NCBI GenBank assembly: GCA_963713615.1
Contig: CAVQMM010000001.1
Coordinates: 1,763,964 to 1,827,963, forward strand
Source: an uncultured Chlamydiae bacterium
Lineage (GTDB): Bacteria > Chlamydiota > Chlamydiia > Chlamydiales > JAJFMA01
Length of the DNA stretch: 64,000 bases
Direction of reading: 5' to 3'
In this document: positions 27,540-36,595 of the stretch, piece after piece
How positions within the stretch are numbered: position 1 is the stretch's first letter
Layout of the letters: each line of letters opens with the position of its first letter
Made by a program: the position numbers and the translations under genes
Notes under the pieces: model-generated
Told to the model about the DNA's origin: nothing
Seen by the model: only the letters and a program-made list of their open reading frames with translations
The model's database searches: none

Positions 27540-29699
27540 TTACCGCTCGTCTTCCTCCTGTTTTTGGGTAATCTCACCGTGTTCTTCCAAAATGGACAGC
27601 ATGTGTCCCCTCTTCGGAACGACCTTAATCTCTATGAGCTGTTCGTCGCCCGGTTCAAGAGTGAATTCCCATGAATTCTCAGGAAGCTCATGCATCGCAT
27701 CGATATCTTTAGGCTCTACATATAGAGTCCATGTTCCAGGACGCAGTTTGTCAAAGCGAAAGTGGCCACGAGGTGATGTCCGATAGGTGAACGACACACG
27801 ACTTTCTGGATTATAAAGGGTAATGCGAATATCGGAAACACCACCCGCCTCTACATAACAGTCGCTGAGATCTTCTTCAGGCGCACCTGTAAAGAGGTAG
27901 AACTTCTCTGCCGCTTGTAAGGTGTCTGCCAGATCGTACTGGAGGATACGCCCTTGCAAACGACATATCTGTGCCGTTTCAATCATCACACGGTTTTCTT
28001 TACCCTTCCTCACTGTAACGAGGTTCCGTTGTGCCCCTAGAACGGTGTAGTTTTGAGGAAGTAGGTCCGCATACACTTCGTAGCAGCCGGGGTCTACAGC
28101 AGGAAATCGAAAGTTTCCAAGGTGGTCTGTCATCGTACGCTCCCCGGATAAGCTCACCACCGCATGTTCAACAGGCTGCTGAGTGTCCCGATCGATCACC
28201 ACACCACACACATATCCCGTTTGGACTTCCTGAGGGATGATGACATCAAACGGAATATCATAGGAGAGGAACCAACGGAAGTCATCTGGCTCAGCTGCAA
28301 GCTTACAGGCGAAGTATTGTGTGTTGATACGGGCCCTATGACCGTTTTTGCGCGTATGAGAAAGCGTAGCTGATAGATGCGTAAAGAGGCATAATTCGGG
28401 CATATTTGCGGCAATATTACCGTAGCAATTTAGGCAAGTACAAGGGCCCAATTGCCAATTGAAACCGCCACCAACAGCTGTGCGCCATTTACGGACATCA
28501 TAGTACTGGATATTCCCTGTCTCGGCTAATAAGTTCCATTCAAAGGTGGATGACCGTTGCCAACATCCATATAACGAATAGACTTGAAGCGGCCAAGTCG
28601 TTTTGTTCAACACACGATCATCCTGTATTCCCAACGAAGCACTGCTTGTAGCCACAAAACCAGGATAAGAATAGCCTACACGTAGATCTGCCCACTTCTG
28701 TGCTAAGTTATAGCTTTGGAAAGAAGCTCTATTCCTTAGGTACTGTACCCTTCCCGCTAAGGTGCACTGTATCTGCTCTAATGGAATGTAGGTGAGCTGA
28801 GCCGTGTAGAAGCGATTATCGGGTAACACAGAAAAGAAGTCGTCGGGCTCTCCGAGATCTTGCTTATACCAGGTAACACACCCTCCAGCGCGTAGAGAAT
28901 CTGTCAAAGCAGCGTCAACATTGCCGCTGGTCAGATCTACATTGTGATAGTACCCCAAAAAGCCCGGCCCAGCCCTCACTCTTTCGAATGACATGGATCC
29001 CTTGTCACAAGGAAATAGTCCAAACAACCCCACACGATACGCACTTTTGCCTCTTCCATCATTATACGGACCAAAGTCCCTAGCTATCTCCACCTCAGCG
29101 TTAAAGCAGTCTACCGGACCACACAGCATGCGCAAGCTCTGAATGTCAGCCTCTGGATACCCTGCTAGAGGACTCTTATGTAGGTAGTTCCATGAAAAGA
29201 ATGTGCGGCAGTTCGGACGCCACATCAAGTAACCCCCAATTTCCCTTGGCCCATCCCAGTCTTCATCGCGATGGGCCACATACATGCCTCCGGCCTCAAA
29301 CTGGTCGTAGGCTCCAAATCCTTGCAAACCGCGGCCAAAGCGCCAACGCTCGGTCAGAGGACTCAGACCAAAAACCGTATCGCCCCCTTCAACAGCCCAC
29401 ACATCTCCCTCGCCCACAGCGCCACGCACAATCTGTATTTGATTGTAGACGCCGCTGCGATCTTTAGAGGGAAGACGAACCTCATAATCTACCCATCGGC
29501 AAGAGTCCTCATCGATGACACCTCCACCGCACAGTTCTAAACCCACAATAGATTGTCCATGTTCCTGCCCCCCAAAAAGACCGATCCAGCCCGGAACTTT
29601 AAGAGTCGGCGGCTGGGCATAGGGAGACTGTGGCAATACCTCAGTGACTGCCGTATGTTCCCAATAAACCTCACAAGTTTCTTTGTTGATTAGCTTCAC
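27540..29699 (-). CDS. Large Cys-rich envelope protein, distal 719-aa portion: W/Y/G-rich putative beta-barrel region followed by two CarboxypepD_reg-like domains (probably continuous with 29747-30331 through a frameshift)
   Basis: There is no signal peptide at the called GTG start. The frame stays open ~245 nt further upstream without any start codon. C-terminal GVVIDRDTQQPVEHAVVSL...TDHLGNFRF and TSPRGHFRFDKLRPGTW patterns resemble prealbumin-fold domains. Confidence 0.6.
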   Translation of the reverse strand: MKLINKETCEVYWEHTAVTEVLPQSPYAQPPTLKVPGWIGLFGGQEHGQSIVGLELCGGGVIDEDSCRWVDYEVRLPSKDRSGVYNQIQIVRGAVGEGDVWAVEGGDTVFGLSPLTERWRFGRGLQGFGAYDQFEAGGMYVAHRDEDWDGPREIGGYLMWRPNCRTFFSWNYLHKSPLAGYPEADIQSLRMLCGPVDCFNAEVEIARDFGPYNDGRGKSAYRVGLFGLFPCDKGSMSFERVRAGPGFLGYYHNVDLTSGNVDAALTDSLRAGGCVTWYKQDLGEPDDFFSVLPDNRFYTAQLTYIPLEQIQCTLAGRVQYLRNRASFQSYNLAQKWADLRVGYSYPGFVATSSASLGIQDDRVLNKTTWPLQVYSLYGCWQRSSTFEWNLLAETGNIQYYDVRKWRTAVGGGFNWQLGPCTCLNCYGNIAANMPELCLFTHLSATLSHTRKNGHRARINTQYFACKLAAEPDDFRWFLSYDIPFDVIIPQEVQTGYVCGVVIDRDTQQPVEHAVVSLSGERTMTDHLGNFRFPAVDPGCYEVYADLLPQNYTVLGAQRNLVTVRKGKENRVMIETAQICRLQGRILQYDLADTLQAAEKFYLFTGAPEEDLSDCYVEAGGVSDIRITLYNPESRVSFTYRTSPRGHFRFDKLRPGTWTLYVEPKDIDAMHELPENSWEFTLEPGDEQLIEIKVVPKRGHMLSILEEHGEITQKQEEDER

Positions 29700-29746
29700 A
29701 TTGACTAGCTGTTGATAAGCCTCACATCTGTGAGCGTCAGGAGTAA

Positions 29747-30331
29747 CTAGGACGAAAAATCCACCTTCATCGAAACCTTGAGATTCATTCTGTATCTCGA
29801 GAAGGCATTCTGGAGATGTATAGACGATGATGTCGAGAGGTAAGCTAACGTTACCCCTATTGGTAAATGAATGCCTATCTGATAGGGAGCCCCCGCAGGC
29901 ACCAGAGCAGGATAAGGCTGAACCTCCGCCAATACCTCTGAGTACTCAGCCACATGCACCCATAGGGTATCTTCAGAAATAATCTTATCTTCAACGGAAA
30001 GAAAAACTTCTATGGAATAGTTGCCAGGTCTACAGTTCTTTGCAGCCCGAATCGTCACGGCATAAAACTCCTGACAGCCAGGATTGAGAAGGATCTCCTC
30101 CTGACCTAAGGAGACAACCTCCCAACCTGCCGGGGCCTTGAAGCCAACCTGAACGGGCTGACAGCAATCACCTGAATTGCGGATGATGGCACAAGCACAA
30201 AAAGCCTCATTAGGATTGGCCTGTAACCCCTCTTCAGCGCACCATGAAACGCCAAATTCTGTAATATCCGCGCCTAGACTAGCCTGACAGGAAAGAAAAA
30301 GCAAAACCAGCAAAGCAATAAAGCTGCGCAT
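29747..30331 (-). CDS. Secreted Cys-rich protein with a CARDB/NEW3-like domain; probably the N-terminal portion of the large downstream protein
   Basis: Signal peptide (MRSFIALLVLLFLSCQA). Contains the pattern IIRNSGD...V.F.APAGWEV...L.PG...Y.V.I...PGNYSIEV. The last ~40 residues look non-protein-like, which is consistent with reading out of frame. Confidence 0.6.
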   Translation of the reverse strand: MRSFIALLVLLFLSCQASLGADITEFGVSWCAEEGLQANPNEAFCACAIIRNSGDCCQPVQVGFKAPAGWEVVSLGQEEILLNPGCQEFYAVTIRAAKNCRPGNYSIEVFLSVEDKIISEDTLWVHVAEYSEVLAEVQPYPALVPAGAPYQIGIHLPIGVTLAYLSTSSSIHLQNAFSRYRMNLKVSMKVDFSS

Positions 30332-30337
30332 GCAATC

Positions 30338-31120
30338 CTATTTCTGTGGCACCTCAAAGGCAAAGCGCTTGCCAAAATACCGATCACCATCGCGTAGAAG
30401 CAATAACCCTGCATAAGACGCTGGAGCCAACCCTTCGATTTCCACTGGAAAGCGTGTGGAGGTTTCTGGTAGGAGCTTCTGCTCATTGCCATTGATATTC
30501 CTGACTAGTTTACCTTCGACGTCATAGATTTTGAGGCCAAGGTGAGGCTTCAAAAAGACCTCGCCGTTGTTAACAACATCGATATTCAGCGTAGGTTTTT
30601 CTTGATTGGTAGCCCAATCAACTTTCACAAGGTCCAACTTGGCGGTCCCTTGACCAATATTGGTAACGATCTGATAGGCATAGCGCACCTTCACAATGAT
30701 CTGAGTGGCCTCACTCTGCACCTCATGGAAGGTTTCTGGCTCAATGAAAATCAGGCTCCAATAAGATCCCTGATGATCCAATTTCTTCGGTACGCGAACG
30801 ACATAATGAACCTCGGCGCGACTATTCGGAGCAAGCTCTATACGCGTATTTTGTACTTCGATCCAGCTTGCATTAGAGCGTGGAAGCGTGCCGGGTTGGG
30901 GGAAATGGTTCTCACCTGTGGCAGAGTAGGTATAGTCAGCCTGCTTCAGTGTAACTACTAAAGGCTTATCTTCAGCATTGCTGAGGCGAATCTTCATCGG
31001 ATATTCGCCGCCAGGAACAACGTCGATGCATCGAGAAAGATCATCTTCAACTAATCCGCTGCAAGAAAACGGTAGGGCCAGCATAGCGCAAAACAAAAGG
31101 GCAATCCTGAAGCGTGTCAT
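30338..31120 (-). CDS. Secreted two-domain protein, candidate periplasmic chaperone-like / DUF916-DUF3324-like component
   Basis: Signal peptide. There are two ~110-aa beta-type repeats, each ending in a G.Y/SYAG pattern (APNSRAEVHYVVRVP...GSYWSLIF; LPETSTRFPVEIEGLAPASYAGLLLL). A 6-nt gap to the next gene indicates an operon. Confidence 0.6.
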   Translation of the reverse strand: MTRFRIALLFCAMLALPFSCSGLVEDDLSRCIDVVPGGEYPMKIRLSNAEDKPLVVTLKQADYTYSATGENHFPQPGTLPRSNASWIEVQNTRIELAPNSRAEVHYVVRVPKKLDHQGSYWSLIFIEPETFHEVQSEATQIIVKVRYAYQIVTNIGQGTAKLDLVKVDWATNQEKPTLNIDVVNNGEVFLKPHLGLKIYDVEGKLVRNINGNEQKLLPETSTRFPVEIEGLAPASYAGLLLLRDGDRYFGKRFAFEVPQK

Positions 31121-31384
31121 TGCCTTGAACCTCCAATTTTAAATTTACAATACGACGCTCAAAAAAATAGTGAATACGCGATCCTACCACATGCATAGCT
31201 ATCATGAAAAAAGAATTCTTGCCTTCACGATGTTACAGGTCGCTGGGGGTAGGAAGTTGTGCCCCTAAGAACCCCTTTAGATTCAATTTTGTAAGGCTTA
31301 TATTGAAAGATATTTTACAACAAAACGCACATTGACCTTGCAGTGTTGTACAAAACTAAACAAACTAGGCTGGATGGCCGTTCA

Positions 31385-31560
31385 GCGCATAAAGTACGTC
31401 CTTAAAAAGTTATGGCAGATTATGCCTTAGCGAGGCGAGCCAGATTGTTGGGATCGCGACGAGAGCATAGCTTCAGCTATGTTCGAGGAGCGAAACCAAC
31501 AAAATGACCGCAGCAGCAAGGCAGAATCGCCATAACTTTTTAAGGACGTACCGCATAAAT
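31385..31560. repeat. Palindromic element related to family B (same central core, unrelated arms)
   Basis: The arms share a perfect 23-bp inverted segment (gtacgtccttaaaaagttatggc). The core gacgagagcatagcttcagctatgttcgaggagc matches the family B apex. Confidence 0.75.
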
Positions 31561-31707
31561 AACTACCACGTAGGCCTAACGATGCAAAAGATGACGGGGC
31601 AAAAGCTAGTCGGGTGTGCCTCTTCTTTTGCGTTTCTGCGTTAAAAACTTGACAGGGCCAATGCATCGCATTACAACATATGCTCCAAGGCTTGTTAGGC
31701 GGGATTG

Positions 31708-32574
31708 ATGCGTCGCATATTTTTCATTGTTTTTCTTCTAATAGCTATCCTGCTAGTGACCGGATACTACCTGTTTCTAGAACGTAGGGAACCCACTGAT
31801 GTTCTCACGCTTTATGGCAACATTGATGTGCGTCAAGTCGATCTTGGCTTCCGAGTCAGCGGACGCGTCATAGACATGCCTTATCAAGAGGGTGATCTAG
31901 TCCCAAAGGGTGCTTTGGTAGCTGTCCTGGATAACCAACCCTACGCCGATCAGGTGAAACAAGCGCAGGCCAATGTCACCTCCACGGAAATTTCGCTAAA
32001 AAATGCCGATCTCGTTTTACAGCGACGTAAGGAATTGATCGGCGACGGTGGTGTCAGCCAGGAAGACCATGAAAATGCTCAGAGCAGTAGAGATGTGTTG
32101 GCGGCAAACCTGATCGAAAGCCGAGCAGCTCTGGGTGTTGCGCTTACTAATTTAAACGATACGCAATGCTTCGCTCCCTCAGAAGGGGTCATTCTCACAC
32201 GCATTCGTGAACCCGGAACAGTTGTCAAAGCCGCCGATCCTGTATATACGCTGTCACTAACCTCACCAGTATGGGTAAGAGCTTTCGTGACCGAACCGCA
32301 CCTGGGTCAAGTGTACCCAGGAATGCCTGCAGAGGTATACACTGACACCCCCGAAGGTAAGGTCTACACCGGTCAGGTAGGCTTTATCTCGCCCGTCTCC
32401 GAATTCACCCCAAAAAGCGTAGAAACCACTCAGTTGCGCACGGACCTCGTCTATCGGTTGAGGATCATCGCCGACAACCCAGACCATGGTTTACGTCAAG
32501 GCATGCCTGTAACGGTTAAGCTCAAGTTACGCCCTACCTCGGAGCAGGAAAGCTCTGTTAGACATGATGGATGA
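31708..32574 (+). CDS. HlyD-family membrane fusion protein (YbhG-like)
   Basis: N-terminal TM anchor. Lipoyl/barrel-sandwich and coiled-coil pattern. C-terminal GMPVTVKL. Followed by a double-NBD ABC protein and two ABC-2 permeases. Confidence 0.8.
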   Translation: MRRIFFIVFLLIAILLVTGYYLFLERREPTDVLTLYGNIDVRQVDLGFRVSGRVIDMPYQEGDLVPKGALVAVLDNQPYADQVKQAQANVTSTEISLKNADLVLQRRKELIGDGGVSQEDHENAQSSRDVLAANLIESRAALGVALTNLNDTQCFAPSEGVILTRIREPGTVVKAADPVYTLSLTSPVWVRAFVTEPHLGQVYPGMPAEVYTDTPEGKVYTGQVGFISPVSEFTPKSVETTQLRTDLVYRLRIIADNPDHGLRQGMPVTVKLKLRPTSEQESSVRHDG

Positions 32575-34300
32575 ACCGCTTGTTACAATTCGAAATATCT
32601 CCAAAGTCTTCAATGTACAAGGCCCTCCTGCTCTAGAACATATCGATGCAACTATATCCAAAGGAAAAATCGTTGGGCTTGCCGGACCGGACGGCTCGGG
32701 GAAAACAACGCTGATTAGACTAATGGCCGGCTTGCTCCTCCCCACAACCGGTACTATTGAAATAGCCGGATTAGATACCATTAAGGATGCTACCGCCATC
32801 CATCACATTATTGGCTACATGCCGCAAAAGTTTGGTTTGTATGAAGACCTTACCGTGGAACAGAACCTCAATCTCTATGCAGATCTCAAAGGAGTTCTAG
32901 GACACACCAGAGAAGCTACATTCAAGGAACTGCTTTCATTCACCGCGCTAGGCCCCTTCACTCATCGCCTTGCAGGAGCTCTTTCAGGCGGAATGAAGCA
33001 AAAACTAGGATTGGCCTGCGCTCTGCTAAAAAAGCCCACCCTGCTACTTCTTGATGAACCCAGCGTCGGCGTAGACCCATTGTCTCGACGTGAACTGTGG
33101 AAGATGGTCCATGATCTGCTTGGAGAAGGTATTTCTGTCGTCTGGAGTACAGCCTACCTCGACGAAGCCGAGCGTTGTGATAGCGTACTCCTCCTATCTG
33201 AAGGCAAACTCCTCTATCATGGAACGCCCCAAGACCTTACCAAACGCGTGCAAGGCCGAGTCTTCAGTATTACCAATGTGAGTGAAAATCGTCGTCGTGT
33301 TCTTGTCGACGTACTACGATTGAAAAACGTCATCGACGGTGTCATTCAAGGTAGAGATATACATATTGTTACAAAAAAAGATGACTCCTCATCCATAGAC
33401 CTAGAGGCTATCCATGCAGGTCCTGGCGCTAAGCTAGCCCCCGCAACCCCACGCTTTGAAGACGCCTTCATTGATATCCTTGGGGGTGGTCCAGGGGGCG
33501 ATTCCGAACTTGCCAACCGAACACCGCAAATATCCCATTCACAGGGAGTGATGATTGACGCAGAACACCTAACCAAAAAGTTTGGCACTTTTACAGCTGC
33601 GGATAACATCACGATACAGATACGCAGCGGAGAGATTTTTGGTCTTCTAGGTCCAAACGGAGCCGGTAAAACAACAACCTTTAAGATGCTATGTGGGCTT
33701 CTCAAACCTACTTCAGGCCGCGCTTCGGTCCATGACATCGACCTACAGGCAGCCCCTGGTAAAGCTCGCGCCCAAATTGGCTATATGGCACAAAAATTCT
33801 CGTTATATGGAAACCTCAGTGTCCTTCAAAATCTGAATTTTTTCTCCGGCGCCTACAATCTGATTGGAAAAAAACGTGCTGATAGCATCGCTGAGATGAT
33901 AGAGATCTTTGACTTCAAACCTTATTTGGCAGAAAACGCGGAAATTTTACCCCTAGGATTTAAGCAAAGATTGGCTCTAGCGTGTGCTGTGATGCATCGA
34001 CCACAGATCCTGTTCCTGGATGAACCTACATCGGGTGTCGACCCCATCACTAGGCGAGAGTTCTGGAATCATATTAATGGTCTGGTGGAAAAAGGTGTGA
34101 CGGTCATGGTTACCACACATTTTATGGATGAGGCAGAATATTGTGACCGCATTGGTTTGGTCTATCGCGCCAAATTGATTTCCGTTGGAACTCCCGATGC
34201 GCTAAAAGAACAGGCGAGTACGCCAGCAAACCCCTCGCCAACTTTGGAAGATGCCTTTATCCAGGCTATCGAAAAATATGATGCAGCGCACCATGAGTAA
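32564..34300 (+). CDS. ABC transporter ATP-binding protein with two fused NBDs (YbhF-like)
   Basis: Two Walker A motifs (GPDGSGKTT, GPNGAGKTT). Two signature motifs (LSGGMKQK, LPLGFKQR). Two Walker B motifs (LLLLDEPS, ILFLDEPT). Confidence 0.88.
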   Translation: MMDEPLVTIRNISKVFNVQGPPALEHIDATISKGKIVGLAGPDGSGKTTLIRLMAGLLLPTTGTIEIAGLDTIKDATAIHHIIGYMPQKFGLYEDLTVEQNLNLYADLKGVLGHTREATFKELLSFTALGPFTHRLAGALSGGMKQKLGLACALLKKPTLLLLDEPSVGVDPLSRRELWKMVHDLLGEGISVVWSTAYLDEAERCDSVLLLSEGKLLYHGTPQDLTKRVQGRVFSITNVSENRRRVLVDVLRLKNVIDGVIQGRDIHIVTKKDDSSSIDLEAIHAGPGAKLAPATPRFEDAFIDILGGGPGGDSELANRTPQISHSQGVMIDAEHLTKKFGTFTAADNITIQIRSGEIFGLLGPNGAGKTTTFKMLCGLLKPTSGRASVHDIDLQAAPGKARAQIGYMAQKFSLYGNLSVLQNLNFFSGAYNLIGKKRADSIAEMIEIFDFKPYLAENAEILPLGFKQRLALACAVMHRPQILFLDEPTSGVDPITRREFWNHINGLVEKGVTVMVTTHFMDEAEYCDRIGLVYRAKLISVGTPDALKEQASTPANPSPTLEDAFIQAIEKYDAAHHE

Positions 34301-35444
34301 TACACCTCCCCAAGATTACACAGAAGGCCGAGCACGTAGACTAAAGGCCCTTATCGTCAAAGAGTCACTGCAAATTATACGAGATCCTAGCAGCCTTCTA
34401 ATCAGCGTCTTCCTTCCCCTCTTACTCTTGTTTCTATACGGTGTTGGCGTATCCTTAGACATGAACCACTTACGCATTGGTCTAGTGCTCCAAGATACGG
34501 CGCCAGACGCTCAGAGCTTCGCCAAAGCCTTGACCGATTCCACCTATCTAGATGTCACCATGGCCATGGATAGACGTGAGCTCGATAGAAAGCTGGCTGA
34601 AGGAAGCATCCGCGGCTTTGTGGTTGTGCCTTCCTATTTTTCGTCATTCAGAAAAAGACCTGATAACATCGCCCCGATACAGGTCATAGGTGATGGTAGC
34701 GAACCTAATACTGCACAATTTGTTCAAAACTATGTTCAGGCCGCTTGGCAAATATGGTTACAGCAAGAGTCCATTAGTTCCGGATTGCAGGGACTGCCTC
34801 TCGTGGTCGCCCAACCGCGCTTTTGGTATAATGAGGAACTAGAGAGTCGTTTCTTCCTCATTCCAGGGTCTCTAGCGATCATCATGACGCTGATTGGCAC
34901 ACTACTCACCGCCTTGGTAGTCTCTAGAGAATGGGAACGCGGCACCATGGAAGCCTTGCTATCAACTCCTGTGGGTGTTACTGAAATCCTCATCGGCAAG
35001 CTCGTCCCTTACTACGTTCTTGCCATGGGCTCTATGGCCATGTGCGTCATCTTATCCGTGACCATTTATGGTCTACCCCTGCGAGGTTCGTGGTACGCAT
35101 TAACCATCGTAACCGGAACCTTTTTAGTGCCCGCCTTGGGCCTGGGATTGCTCGTGTCAACATTGGCCCGCTCACAGGTAGTCGCGGCACAGGCTGCTAT
35201 GGTCTTAGGGTTCCTGCCCGCATTTATCCTATCAGGATTTATTTTTGAAATCGCCAGCATGCCCCTGCCCATTCGCATGATTACCTATATCATTCCAGCA
35301 CGCTATTTTGTCTCCAGCCTGCAGACAATTTTTCTCGTCGGCGACGACTGGTATCTCATCGGTCGTAATCTGGTGCCGATGCTCATTGTAGGCCTAATTC
35401 TCTTCGGGCTCATTGCTCGCAACACTGTAAAAAGGCTCGACTAG
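34293..35444 (+). CDS. ABC-2 type transporter permease (YbhS-like)
   Basis: Six predicted TM segments, with a large loop after TM1. The ATG at 34293 overlaps the upstream stop (ATGAGTAA) and is preferred over the track start at 34251. Confidence 0.8.
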   Translation: MSNTPPQDYTEGRARRLKALIVKESLQIIRDPSSLLISVFLPLLLLFLYGVGVSLDMNHLRIGLVLQDTAPDAQSFAKALTDSTYLDVTMAMDRRELDRKLAEGSIRGFVVVPSYFSSFRKRPDNIAPIQVIGDGSEPNTAQFVQNYVQAAWQIWLQQESISSGLQGLPLVVAQPRFWYNEELESRFFLIPGSLAIIMTLIGTLLTALVVSREWERGTMEALLSTPVGVTEILIGKLVPYYVLAMGSMAMCVILSVTIYGLPLRGSWYALTIVTGTFLVPALGLGLLVSTLARSQVVAAQAAMVLGFLPAFILSGFIFEIASMPLPIRMITYIIPARYFVSSLQTIFLVGDDWYLIGRNLVPMLIVGLILFGLIARNTVKRLD

Positions 35445-35445
35445 C

Positions 35446-36555
35446 ATGTTAAATCGAGTCATCGCGCTAATCATCAAGGAGATTTTGGCTGCCTTAAAGG
35501 ACCCCAAGGCACGCACGGTGCTCATCATCCCACCGATCATTCAGCTTTTCATTTTTGCCTGGGCAGCGACACTGGATGTCAAAAATGTGCCTATTGGTAT
35601 CGTCAATAGGGATCACGGGGAACAATCCATCGAATTGCTGGAGAGGTTTCATGGGTCACCTACCTTTAACCACATCGTTTACCTGCAATCGGTAGAACAG
35701 ATTACGCCTTTTGTCGACAACCAAGATGGGGCTATGGTGATCTCCATCGATGATCAATTCTCTCGCAATATTGACGCAGGCAAGCCCGCCAGTGTTCAGC
35801 TCATCTTGGATGGCCGTAAATCCAACACCGCCCAAATCATTGCTGGGTATAGTTTAGCAATCATTGATCAATTTAGCAGAGACATCTCCCCTCGTGTAGG
35901 CCATCAAGAGCAACAAACAGTATTGATACAGCGTAACTGGTACAATCCCAATTTGCTCTATTATTGGTACAATGTGCCTTGCCTTGTGGGTGTGATCACC
36001 ATGCTCGTAGGCTTAACAGTCACAGCCATGTCTGTAGCACGTGAGAGGGAAATGGGGACGTTCGACCAGCTGCTCGTCTCCCCGCTAAGCCCCCTAGAGA
36101 TTCTCATCGGTAAGGCTATTCCTGCCATGATTATTGGCCTCGCCGAAGGCACGCTTATCTTACTTGCAGGGATCTTTGTCTTTCAGGTGCCATTTACGGG
36201 GCATCTAGGGCTTCTTTATATAGGCCTCTTCACGTTCGTCTGTTCTGTCGTGGGTGTAGGCCTCTTTATCTCCTCACTGTGTGCGACACAACAACAAGCT
36301 ACTCTGGGGACGTTTGTGTTTATGTCCCCTGCTATCTTGCTGTCAGGTTTCGCTACACCCATAGAGAATATGCCCATCTGGCTCCAGTACTTCACCTATG
36401 CTAATCCACTGCGGTATATGCTGGTGATCTCCAAAGGATGCTTTCTTAAAGCAATGCCTGCAAGCATCGTTCTAGCCAATGTTTGGCCAATGGTAATTAT
36501 TGCAGCTTTTACACTCACTGGAGCAGCCTGGTTCTTCCGACGCAGACTTGAGTAA
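35446..36555 (+). CDS. ABC-2 type transporter permease (YbhR-like)
   Basis: Paralogous in architecture to the preceding permease. Starts 1 nt after its stop. Confidence 0.8.
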   Translation: MLNRVIALIIKEILAALKDPKARTVLIIPPIIQLFIFAWAATLDVKNVPIGIVNRDHGEQSIELLERFHGSPTFNHIVYLQSVEQITPFVDNQDGAMVISIDDQFSRNIDAGKPASVQLILDGRKSNTAQIIAGYSLAIIDQFSRDISPRVGHQEQQTVLIQRNWYNPNLLYYWYNVPCLVGVITMLVGLTVTAMSVAREREMGTFDQLLVSPLSPLEILIGKAIPAMIIGLAEGTLILLAGIFVFQVPFTGHLGLLYIGLFTFVCSVVGVGLFISSLCATQQQATLGTFVFMSPAILLSGFATPIENMPIWLQYFTYANPLRYMLVISKGCFLKAMPASIVLANVWPMVIIAAFTLTGAAWFFRRRLE

Positions 36556-36595
36556 CAAGAAGTTATACCAGGGCTTGACTTTACTCAATGCATCG

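Noticed and set aside
27540-30331. Calling the large envelope protein a canonical fimbrial usher, and the 260-aa protein a PapD chaperone
   Set aside because: I recognise no usher or PapD sequence motifs. Only the domain order and size are analogous, so the names are used as analogies and not as annotations.
31427-31666. 79-aa minus-strand ORF
   Set aside because: It lies across the family B-related palindrome, with no RBS and no coding-like composition.
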